NCBI GenBank assembly: GCA_019247305.1 | Contig: JAFAPC010000019.1 | Location: 3,437 to 67,436 of the forward strand | Origin: Pseudonocardiales bacterium | Lineage (GTDB): Bacteria > Actinomycetota > Actinomycetes > Mycobacteriales > Pseudonocardiaceae | Direction: 5' to 3' | Length of the DNA: 64,000 nucleotides | Shown here: piece after piece, positions 56,662 to 64,000 of the stretch | Layout of the letters: every line of letters starts with the position of its first letter | Numbering within the stretch: position 1 is the stretch's first letter | Made by a program: the position numbers and the translations under genes | Notes under the pieces: model-generated | Told to the model about the DNA's origin: nothing | Databases searched by the model: none | What the model saw: only the letters and a program-made list of their open reading frames with translations

Positions 56662-56805
56662 GTGACCAAGGGCAAGCGTACGTTTCAGCCGAACAACCGG
56701 CGCCGCGCGAGGACCCACGGGTTCCGGTTACGCATGCGCACCCGCGCCGGGCGGGCCATCCTGGCGGCCCGGCGCCGCAAGGGCCGCGCTGAGTTGTCGG
56801 CCTGA
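56662..56805 (+). CDS. rpmH: 50S ribosomal protein L34
   Basis: Absent from the ORF track (47 aa). GTG 56662 after GGAGAA. Translation is [47 protein letters not shown]. Confidence 0.92.
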   Translation: MTKGKRTFQPNNRRRARTHGFRLRMRTRAGRAILAARRRKGRAELSA

Positions 56806-56809
56806 GGCG

Positions 56810-57325
56810 TTGGCGTTCGGCGGATCTCTCGCGTTGCTCTCCGCTGCCAACCGGCTGACCCGTCGCGAGGACTTCACGACGGCGCTGCGCCGGGGCCGCC
56901 GGGCGGCCTACGGCGCTGTCGTGGTGCACCTGGCCCGTGTCGGCAGCGACGGTGCGCCGCCACCAGCGGGTTCGTCCGGGGGCTCATCCGGGCGTTCCTT
57001 CGGGGCGTCGTCCGGGGGCCCAAAAGTAGGTTTTGTGGTCGGTCGTGCGGTCGGTGGTTCCGTGGTCCGGCACCGGGTGCAGCGCCAGCTGCGGCATCTG
57101 CTGCGGCGGCGGTTGGCGGCGCTGCCCGCCGGAGCGCTCGTGGTGGTGCGCGCGCTGCCGGCGTCGGCGGGTGCGAGCAGCGTGGCGCTGGGTGCTGACC
57201 TTGACGGGGCGTTGCGGCGGCTGCTCGGCTCCCGCACCCCGAGCGCGCCCAACACCGCCAGCCCGCCCAACACCGCCAGCCCGCCCAACACCGGCAGCGC
57301 GGCGAGTCTCGGCAGTCGGCGATGA
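56810..57325 (+). CDS. rnpA: Ribonuclease P protein component
   Basis: NRLTRREDFTTALRRGRRAAYGAVVVH, in the conserved position after rpmH. Start uncertain (TTG 56810/56834). The C-terminal tail carries an 18-bp x3 repeat (PNTASP). Confidence 0.8.
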   Translation: MAFGGSLALLSAANRLTRREDFTTALRRGRRAAYGAVVVHLARVGSDGAPPPAGSSGGSSGRSFGASSGGPKVGFVVGRAVGGSVVRHRVQRQLRHLLRRRLAALPAGALVVVRALPASAGASSVALGADLDGALRRLLGSRTPSAPNTASPPNTASPPNTGSAASLGSRR

Positions 57326-57645
57326 CGGTTCTGCCGGCTAGGACGCGCCGCCCCGCTCGCCCGCCCGACCGAAGTCCTCGGCCGGGCCCGGTGGTTCAGG
57401 TACTGGTGGTCGTCTTGCAGTTCTACCGCCGCTGGATCTCCCCCGCCTTCCCGCCGAGCTGCCGATTTTCCCCCAGCTGCAGTGCCTATGCGATCGAGGC
57501 ACTGATGGTCCACGGGATGCTGCGCGGGTCGTGGTGGACGGTGCGACGGCTGCTTCGCTGCGGACCCTGGCACCCTGGAGGGATGGATCCGGTTCCGCCA
57601 GCGAGATCACCCAGCTCCCCCGCCGAGAGTGAGTCGTCGTGCTGA
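57322..57645 (+). CDS. yidD: Membrane protein insertion efficiency factor YidD
   Basis: ATGA overlap with rnpA. LQFYRRWISPAFPPSCRFSPSCSAYAIEAL...RLLRCGPWHPGG. Confidence 0.85.
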   Translation: MTVLPARTRRPARPPDRSPRPGPVVQVLVVVLQFYRRWISPAFPPSCRFSPSCSAYAIEALMVHGMLRGSWWTVRRLLRCGPWHPGGMDPVPPARSPSSPAESESSC

Positions 57646-58913
57646 ACTTCATCTACTATCCGGTGTCGGCCATCCTGTGGTTCTGGCACAAGGCGTTCGG
57701 CTACCTGCTGGGTCCAGGCAATGGTTTCGGCTGGGCGCTGGCCGTGATGTTCCTTGTGTTCACCCTGCGCGCGCTGCTGTTCAAGCCGTTCGTCAGCCAG
57801 GTCCGCTCGATGCGCAAAATGCAGGAGTTCGCCCCAGAGATCCAGAAGCTGAAGAAGAAGTACGGCGACGACCGCCAGAAGATGGCGGCCGAGATGCAAA
57901 AGCTGCAGGTCGAACACGGGGTGAACCCGCTGGGTGGCTGCCTGCCGGTGCTGGTGCAGATCCCGGTGTTCATCGGTCTGTACCACGTGCTGCGCTCGTT
58001 CAACCGGTCAGGACTGAGCCCTGAGCAGAACCGCCAGACCGTGAACTACGTGTTCAGCGCGGTCGATGTGCAGTCGTTCCTGGATGCACGCCTGTTCGGG
58101 GTGCCGCTGTCGGCGTTCATTACCGAGCCAGCGGACCTGCTGTCCCGGTATGGGGACATCTCCCGGTGGCAGATCGCCGTGGTGGCGGTCCCGCTGACCA
58201 TCGTGGCCGGTGTCCTCACCCATCTCACCGCGAAGCACTCGGTGGCGCGGCAAGACCCGACCCAGCTGGCCGCCAACCCGCAAGCCGCGATCATGAGCAA
58301 GATCCAGGTGTATCTGTTCCCGCTCGGGGTGGTGGGCACTGGCCCGTTCTTCCCGTTGGCAATCTTGCTGTACTGGCTGTCCAACAACCTATGGACACTG
58401 GCCCAGCAGCGGCTGGTCTACCAACGGATCGACGCCGAGGACGCCGAGAAGAAGCAGACCGCGATCGCGCAGCGCCACGCGCTGGGCCCGCGACCCGGTC
58501 AGAAGCCCATCCGGTCGAAAAAGGAGGTCACCAGCACCCCTCGTGGCTCGGCGCCCGCTAGTTCGGCCTCGGCTAGTTCCACCTCGGCTGGCTCGGCTCC
58601 GGCTGACTCGGTCCCCGCTGAATCGGCTCCGGCTGGCTCGGCCCCTGTCCCCACTGATCGTGCCCCAGCTAGTCCGGTCCCCCCTGATCCCGTCCCCGCT
58701 GGTCCAGCTGAGCGCGATGCCCCGCAGGGATCGGAGAACGGGATTGCCTCCCCGGGAACCGGACCGGCAGCGCCTGGATCGAAGGAGGCCAGCGGTGGAT
58801 CGGAAGGGTTGTCCAACGGACAAGGACCGCCGGGTGTAGAGCGCTCCGCGACACCTGGCATGATCCGGCAGCGGCCGAGACCGGGGAAAAAGACGAACCG
58901 GAAGCGCCGCTAA
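57639..58913 (+). CDS. yidC: Membrane protein insertase YidC
   Basis: MLNFIYYPVSAILWFWHKAFG..., KMQEFAPEIQKLKKKYGDDRQKM, GGCLPVLVQIPVFIGLY. Low-complexity Ser/Ala/Pro tail. Confidence 0.9.
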   Translation: MLNFIYYPVSAILWFWHKAFGYLLGPGNGFGWALAVMFLVFTLRALLFKPFVSQVRSMRKMQEFAPEIQKLKKKYGDDRQKMAAEMQKLQVEHGVNPLGGCLPVLVQIPVFIGLYHVLRSFNRSGLSPEQNRQTVNYVFSAVDVQSFLDARLFGVPLSAFITEPADLLSRYGDISRWQIAVVAVPLTIVAGVLTHLTAKHSVARQDPTQLAANPQAAIMSKIQVYLFPLGVVGTGPFFPLAILLYWLSNNLWTLAQQRLVYQRIDAEDAEKKQTAIAQRHALGPRPGQKPIRSKKEVTSTPRGSAPASSASASSTSAGSAPADSVPAESAPAGSAPVPTDRAPASPVPPDPVPAGPAERDAPQGSENGIASPGTGPAAPGSKEASGGSEGLSNGQGPPGVERSATPGMIRQRPRPGKKTNRKRR

Positions 58914-58942
58914 GGGCGCGATTGCCCGGAAAGGAGACAGTT

Positions 58943-59533
58943 GTGGCCGAGACGCTGGCGACTGAGGCGGCGCTGACCAAGTCACCTTCACCGGTTGATT
59001 CGGGTTCATCGGTGGATGGTGAGGGCACAGCCAGGACGACCCAGTCGGTCCGCGATGAGCCGACGAGTGAGGAACTTCTTGTTCACGAAGGCGACATTGC
59101 GGGCGACTATCTGGAACGGCTGCTCGACCTGGTGGACTACGACGGCGATATCGATCTTGACGTCCAGGCTGGTCGGGCTATGGTGAGTATCGACGGCGGA
59201 GAAGACCTGGTAAAGCTGGTGGGACCGCGCGGTGCGGTACTCGAGGCGCTTCAGGAGCTCACCCGGCTGGCGGTTCAGCGGCAGACCGGTGCCCGCAGCC
59301 GGCTGATGCTCGACATTGCGCAGTGGCGGTCCGCTCGGCGTCAGGATCTCAGCGAGCTGAGTCGATCCACGGCGAAGCGGGTTCGCGACGGCGGTGAGCC
59401 GGTCCGGTTCCAGCCGATGACTCCCTTTGAGCGGAAGATCGTGCATGATGCGGTGGCCGAGGTGGACGGCGTGTGCAGCGAGAGCGAGGGCGAAGAGCCG
59501 TATCGCCGTGTGGTGGTGTTCCGCTCCAGGTGA
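58943..59533 (+). CDS. Jag/KhpB-like RNA-binding protein (KH + R3H)
   Basis: GTG 58943 after AAGGAG. IAGDYLERLLDL..., C-terminal R3H MTPFERKIVHDAVAE...SESEGEEPYRRVVV. Confidence 0.8.
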   Translation: MAETLATEAALTKSPSPVDSGSSVDGEGTARTTQSVRDEPTSEELLVHEGDIAGDYLERLLDLVDYDGDIDLDVQAGRAMVSIDGGEDLVKLVGPRGAVLEALQELTRLAVQRQTGARSRLMLDIAQWRSARRQDLSELSRSTAKRVRDGGEPVRFQPMTPFERKIVHDAVAEVDGVCSESEGEEPYRRVVVFRSR

Positions 59534-59575
59534 TCCGTGGCTACCTGAGGTGGGTCCACAGCGCGCGAACGAGCG

Positions 59576-60274
59576 ATGTTTCACGTGAAACGTCCGGTAG
59601 TCCTGCCCGTCCAGGTCGCTGCCCAGGCGGCGTTTGGTGCGAGGTACCCGCTCGCGGAGCGATACGCTGCGCTGCTCGCCGGGTCTGGAGTGGACCGGGG
59701 ACTCATCGGTCCCCGGGAAGCGGATCGGCTGTGGGAACGCCACCTGCTCAACTGCGCCGTACTCGGTGAGCTTGTGCCGGAAGGTGCTCAGGTGCTTGAC
59801 GTCGGCTCTGGCGCGGGGTTGCCGGGAATACCGCTGGCGCTCGCTCGACCGGACCTTTCGGTTGTCCTGCTGGAGCCGATGGCTCGGCGGGTGGAGTGGC
59901 TACAGGAGGTGCTCGCTGTGCTTGGTCTTGCGGTCTCGGTGCATCGCGGTCGCGCCGAAGACCCAGGGGTACGTGATGAACGGGGCGGCAACGACGTCGT
60001 GATCGCCCGGGCGGTCGCGCCTTTGGGGCGGCTAGCGGGTTGGAGCCTTCCGCTGGTCGCACCGGGCGGGCGGTTGCTCGCAGTCAAGGGTGCCAGCGCG
60101 GAACAGGAGCTCGCGCGGGACCGTGATGCGGTGCGCAGGGTCGGCGGGGCGGCAGCGGAGATCGTGCAGTGCGGTGCCACGATGGTGCGGCCGCCGACCA
60201 CAGTCGTCGTGGTGTCCCGGCTGACTCAGCGCGTCGCTCGTCCAGCGACGGCACGAAGCAGGAAGGATCGGTGA
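59576..60274 (+). CDS. rsmG: 16S rRNA (guanine527-N7)-methyltransferase RsmG
   Basis: RLWERHLLNCAVLGELVPEGAQVLDVGSGAGLPGIPLALARPD. Confidence 0.9.
   Translation: MFHVKRPVVLPVQVAAQAAFGARYPLAERYAALLAGSGVDRGLIGPREADRLWERHLLNCAVLGELVPEGAQVLDVGSGAGLPGIPLALARPDLSVVLLEPMARRVEWLQEVLAVLGLAVSVHRGRAEDPGVRDERGGNDVVIARAVAPLGRLAGWSLPLVAPGGRLLAVKGASAEQELARDRDAVRRVGGAAAEIVQCGATMVRPPTTVVVVSRLTQRVARPATARSRKDR
59577..59592. promoter_or_regulatory. parS centromere-like site
   Basis: tgtttcacgtgaaacg matches the consensus tGTTTCACGTGAAACa at 15 of 16 positions. It overlaps the rsmG start codon. Confidence 0.85.
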
Positions 60275-61524
60275 GCGTGAGCCCTCCGACGTGGCCCGAA
60301 AACCGGACGTGCTTGGACCGCACGGCAGCGACGGCGCCTCTCGCTGTTTCACGTGAAACCGGGCCACCGCACCGGGGGGTGGACCGGGGGTTAGACAGAC
60401 CGACCCCGCAGCATGCCCTCGCGCACGCCTCGCCCTCGACCGGACCTTCGTCCTCGAGCAGACCCTCGCCCTCGAGCAGACCCTCGCCCTCGAGCAGACA
60501 CAGCGGAGCCAGTCAGGTGTCCTGCGCCCCCGAGGTCTCACCGGAAGCCCTCGACGCCCTCAGCGGGGTCTCCGCCAGCGCAGATCACTCGGAGGCTGTC
60601 TGGACGCCAATCGCGGAGGAGGCGGAACGGGCCACTCGGGTCAAGCACCCCACCAACCGGTTACCCCGTCCGTTCCGGCGCCGGGTCCTCGCGGTGGCCA
60701 ACCAGAAGGGCGGTGTCGGAAAGACCACGAGCACCGTCAATCTCGCGGCCGGGCTGGCGCTCCAGGGACTGCGCACGCTTGTGGTCGACCTGGACCCGCA
60801 GGGAAACGCCTCGACCGCGCTGGGAATCGAGCACCGCGCCGGCACTCCGTCGGTGTATGAGGTGTTGCTCGGGGAGATCGGGATTGTCGATGCCGTTGTG
60901 GTGAGCCCGCAGTCGTCGAACCTGCTCTGTATCCCTGCCACCATCGATCTCGCCGGTTCCGAGATCGAGCTGGTGTCCATGGTGGCCCGGGAGTCGCGCC
61001 TGTCCAGGGCGCTGTCCAGCGGCGTACTGGACGAGTTGGGCGTCGACTACGTGTTTATCGACTGCCCCCCATCGCTCGGACTGCTCACGGTGAACGCGCT
61101 GGTCGCCGCTCGCGAGGTGCTGATCCCCATCCAGTGCGAGTACTACGCGCTGGAGGGGCTCGGGCAGCTGCTTCGTAACATCGAGTTGGTGCAAGCGCAC
61201 CTCAACCCCGCGCTGACGGTGTCCACCATCCTGCTGACGATGTACGACGGCCGCACCAAGCTGGCCGATCAGGTCACCGCCGAGGTTCGCCAGCATTTTG
61301 GCGACCAGGTGCTACGCACCGTGATCCCGCGCAGCGTGAAGGTCTCGGAGGCGCCCGGTTTCGGGCAGACCGTGCTGGCCTACGACCCCGGCTCCCGTGG
61401 GGCGCTGAGCTACTTGGACGCCGCGCAAGAAATTGCGCTGAACCGTGGCTATGTGGACGGTGGCCATTCAGGCAACGGCCATTCAGGCGAGGGTCACTCA
61501 GGCGCCCGCGAGGTGTCACGCTGA
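60271..61524 (+). CDS. parA: Chromosome partitioning ATPase ParA (Soj) with long N-terminal extension
   Basis: [25 protein letters not shown] deviant Walker A. GTG 60271 in a GTGA overlap with the rsmG stop after GGAAGGA. The true start may be further downstream (for example GTG 60517). Confidence 0.9.
   Translation: MSVSPPTWPENRTCLDRTAATAPLAVSRETGPPHRGVDRGLDRPTPQHALAHASPSTGPSSSSRPSPSSRPSPSSRHSGASQVSCAPEVSPEALDALSGVSASADHSEAVWTPIAEEAERATRVKHPTNRLPRPFRRRVLAVANQKGGVGKTTSTVNLAAGLALQGLRTLVVDLDPQGNASTALGIEHRAGTPSVYEVLLGEIGIVDAVVVSPQSSNLLCIPATIDLAGSEIELVSMVARESRLSRALSSGVLDELGVDYVFIDCPPSLGLLTVNALVAAREVLIPIQCEYYALEGLGQLLRNIELVQAHLNPALTVSTILLTMYDGRTKLADQVTAEVRQHFGDQVLRTVIPRSVKVSEAPGFGQTVLAYDPGSRGALSYLDAAQEIALNRGYVDGGHSGNGHSGEGHSGAREVSR
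60345..60360. promoter_or_regulatory. parS centromere-like site
   Basis: tgtttcacgtgaaacc matches the consensus at 15 of 16 positions. It lies inside the annotated N-terminal extension of parA. Confidence 0.85.
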
Positions 61525-62573
61525 TGCCTCCCGGCAGCGCACTTCCGCACCCGCCAGGATTCCCCACTCCTGGGGCACACCGCAAAGGCGGACTTGGCCG
61601 CGGTCTGGCTGCCCTGATCCCTACCGGGCCGGTCGACGCCGCGGACGATTCAGCGACGCCGCCGGGCCACGGTGGCCGTTCAGAGGCTCTCCCGGATGCT
61701 GCGGCTGGTCGGGTCGCTGGCGCGGTCTACCAGGAGGTGCCGATCGGGGCCATCGTGCCCAACCCTCAGCAGCCCCGGCAGGCGTTCGACGAGGAGTCCC
61801 TAGCCGAGCTTGCTCACTCGATCCGGGAATTCGGACTGCTACAACCCATCGTGGTCCGCCCACTGCCGGCTGAGCCGGCGATCGGACCACTGCCGGCTGA
61901 GCCGGCGATTGGGCAGCCGGGTCCTGGTCGCTACGAGCTGATCATGGGCGAGCGGCGGTGGCGGGCGGCGCGGCAGGCCGGGTTGGATCACATTCCGGCA
62001 ATCGTGCGAAGCGCTGCTGATGACGTGATGCTCCGCGACGCGTTACTGGAGAACATCCACCGGGTCCAGCTCAATCCGTTGGAGGAGGCAGCCGCTTATC
62101 AGCAGCTGCTGGAGGACTTCGGCGTGACGCATGAGGAACTGGCGGCGCGGATCGGGCGCAGCCGCCCGGTCATCACTAACACCATCAGGTTGCTCAAGCT
62201 GCCGGTTGCGGTGCAGCGGAGGGTCGCGGCCGGAGTGCTGTCCGCCGGGCATGCCCGAGCCCTGCTCAGCCTGGAGGAGCCGGCAGCCCAGGAGACCTTG
62301 GCGGCGCGGATCGTTGCCGAAGGACTGTCGGTTCGGGCTACCGAGGAAGCGGTCACGCTCAGCCGTGCGGAGCCCGACCAGACCCGCCCAAAGCAGACAG
62401 CACCCCGCCCGATGCGGGCCCCAGGGCTACAGCACCTCGCCGAGAACCTCTCCGACGTCTTCGACACCCGCGTCAAGGTGGAACTAGGCCGCCGCAAGGG
62501 CCGCATCGTCGTCGAGTTCGGCTCTGTCGACGACCTCGAACGCATCGTCGCCCTGATGACCCCAGCACGCTAA
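61524..62573 (+). CDS. parB: Chromosome partitioning protein ParB
   Basis: TGATG overlap with par[27 protein letters not shown], and the HTH region. Contains a 27-bp in-frame tandem duplication. Confidence 0.95.
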   Translation: MPPGSALPHPPGFPTPGAHRKGGLGRGLAALIPTGPVDAADDSATPPGHGGRSEALPDAAAGRVAGAVYQEVPIGAIVPNPQQPRQAFDEESLAELAHSIREFGLLQPIVVRPLPAEPAIGPLPAEPAIGQPGPGRYELIMGERRWRAARQAGLDHIPAIVRSAADDVMLRDALLENIHRVQLNPLEEAAAYQQLLEDFGVTHEELAARIGRSRPVITNTIRLLKLPVAVQRRVAAGVLSAGHARALLSLEEPAAQETLAARIVAEGLSVRATEEAVTLSRAEPDQTRPKQTAPRPMRAPGLQHLAENLSDVFDTRVKVELGRRKGRIVVEFGSVDDLERIVALMTPAR

Positions 62574-62574
62574 C

Positions 62575-62933
62575 TCACCCGAATACCCCGGGGGTCTTAT
62601 GGATGCATGTGCACCTTGTGGGCTGCCTGTGCAGGGTCTTATGGATCCTTATGCACCCTTGAGCTCGGTCAGATGCGAGCGCGTCGCCGTGTACCTGCTC
62701 GGTCACCGGCAGCCCCCTGGGCACGATCAGCGATGAGCGGCACCGGCGGATGGCGTGGCAGGAGTTGGGCTGCCAGAACCCGGCCAGGTAGATCTCGTCG
62801 ACCCACTGGGGGTTTTCCGCACGCCGCGTAGCGGCCCGTCCGGGCCCGGCGCGATCCGGTGGAAGGCGAACCCCTCGCACTTGGCGGTATCCAGCAGCCG
62901 CTTGGCGGCCGCGAGGTCCGGGCTGTCCGTCAT
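62575..62933 (-). pseudogene. Small gene of unknown function, apparently frameshifted at a homopolymer run (~62815-62825)
   Basis: ATG 62933 in an ATGA overlap with the upstream small ORF. MTDSPDLAAAKRLLDTAKCEGFAFHRIAPGPDGPLRGVR then continues plausibly only in another frame (ENPQWVDEIYLAGFWQPNSCHAIRR...). The switch falls at ggaaaaccccc. Confidence 0.3.
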
Positions 62934-63373
62934 GGCCGTCTCGGCCCGGGTGTGCCACCCGGCGTCGGGGATGCGTCCCGCCGCACGGTCACCCCGGCTG
63001 GGGCGTCGATCTCCCCGTCGAAGCGGACTCGCGCCGTCCACCCGAGCGCCTGCATCTCCTCCTCGATCTCGGCGTTCCACCCGGCGGCGTTCTGGATGCA
63101 CGCCGGGCAGTACCGAAGCTCGCAGTTACACTCCTCGTCCGGGCAGCCCGCATGCGGCAGATCCGAGTCGGTGATCACCTGCGCGCACAGGGTGAAGTAC
63201 TCCCGTGGCGGGTGCCGCACCGTCTCGGCAAGCAGGCCGTCGGCCGCCAGGAGATGCACCCGCGCTCGCAGCACCACCCGCTCCTCGTCCCCGGCATCCG
63301 GCGACGGCCGCAGGGCGTCGTGTGCGGAAAAGTCATGATCTGAGGGGTCATTGTTCACGACGTTGTTGGTCAC
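62930..63373 (-). CDS. Small Cys-rich protein of unknown function
   Basis: ORF with ...HAGCPDEECNCELRYCPACIQNAAGW.... Start uncertain (GTG 63373 or 63358), and no SD seen. Confidence 0.3.
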   Translation of the reverse strand: MTNNVVNNDPSDHDFSAHDALRPSPDAGDEERVVLRARVHLLAADGLLAETVRHPPREYFTLCAQVITDSDLPHAGCPDEECNCELRYCPACIQNAAGWNAEIEEEMQALGWTARVRFDGEIDAPAGVTVRRDASPTPGGTPGPRRP

Positions 63374-63443
63374 GGGTAGTGAGAGTGGCGGCGATGAACC
63401 GGTGCGGGTTAGGACGCGGCGTCTCTTCGGTTGGCCCCGGGGA

Positions 63444-64000
63444 CTACTCCTCGAGAGGGGCTGGGGTGGCCTGCAGCCGGTCGGCGAGCTCGCGCAGCCG
63501 CGAGGACGGGCGCCCGCGGGTGAGCAGTTCTCCGACGAGCACCCGGGGCAGCCGGTGCAGCGCAGCCCACTCCGGGGTGGCATGCTCCAGCGTCAGCAGC
63601 GCTGATTCAGCGGCCTGGGGGTGATCTAGGCGCAGCTGCGTGTGCGCCACATCAACCAGGTGCCGAGACCGGGAAACCAGCGGCAGCCCCGAGTCGCGCG
63701 GCATCCGCCGGGCCGTCTCCGCGGCCGCGACGTAGTCCCCGGTGACCACGGCACAGTCGATCGTCTGCATCACCACGATGCCCGGACCGAAGGTCACGTC
63801 GTAGTCGATGCGGTCCCTCTCGGTCTGATGCGCTGCTGCGGCCGCCTCGGCCAGCAGGTCGCTCGCCACCCCGGAGCGCCCCTGCCGAGCAGCCGACGAG
63901 GCGCCCCCCAGGAGCAGTCCGCCATACACCGACCAGTGCGCCGCGCTGACCTGGCCGGTGGGCTCCAGCTGCTGGGCGGTGGCCACGTGGACCCGCTCAG
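63444..64000 (-). CDS. XRE-family transcriptional regulator, C-terminal part (gene continues beyond window end)
   Basis: TPR-like helical C-terminal region ending HLVDVAHTQLRLDHPQAAESALLTLEHATPEWAALHRLPRVLVGELL. The frame is open to the window edge. Confidence 0.5.
   Translation of the reverse strand, partial: ERVHVATAQQLEPTGQVSAAHWSVYGGLLLGGASSAARQGRSGVASDLLAEAAAAAHQTERDRIDYDVTFGPGIVVMQTIDCAVVTGDYVAAAETARRMPRDSGLPLVSRSRHLVDVAHTQLRLDHPQAAESALLTLEHATPEWAALHRLPRVLVGELLTRGRPSSRLRELADRLQATPAPLEE

Overview
High-GC actinobacterial chromosome segment (roughly 70% GC by eye; Frankia/Streptomyces-like codon usage) covering the replication-origin neighbourhood. The right third carries the canonical block parB-parA-rsmG-jag-yidC-yidD-rnpA-rpmH, transcribed on the + strand and divergent from dnaA on the - strand. 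The window also holds gnd-recF-DUF721(dciA-like)-gyrB on the - strand. The usual partners dnaN and gyrA are not where they normally sit. About 12 kb of accessory DNA lies between dnaA and gnd: a translationally coupled 8-gene biosynthetic-looking operon, a TetR/rhodanese pair and decayed HNH/XRE genes. A vWA + tubulin-like two-gene cassette sits where gyrA would be expected, bracketed by an ~80-bp copy of the gyrB 3' end. The left half is accessory and patchy. It contains a WXG-like/EspG/hydrolase/lipoprotein module, a six-gene cassette that I recall as the uncharacterised SCO2521-SCO2525 family set, Ku plus a lysine-less ligase fused to a LytS-type kinase core, moaA, an aminotransferase and acetoacetyl-CoA synthetase. 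It also has a membrane-embedded NACHT NTPase with repeated glycine-zipper modules, a VapBC pair and Uma2 and HNH (DUF222) genes. Several pseudogenes are present: tex fragment, frameshifted hydrolase, HNH, XRE and Uma2 relics. Small repeats include a REP-like hairpin family (3 copies), a 40-50 bp palindromic element embedded in two coding regions, two consensus parS sites, DnaA-box clusters, and many short in-frame tandem duplications. No rRNA, tRNA or CRISPR array was recognised. All functional calls come from motif and architecture recognition by eye, so family names need HMM/BLAST confirmation.
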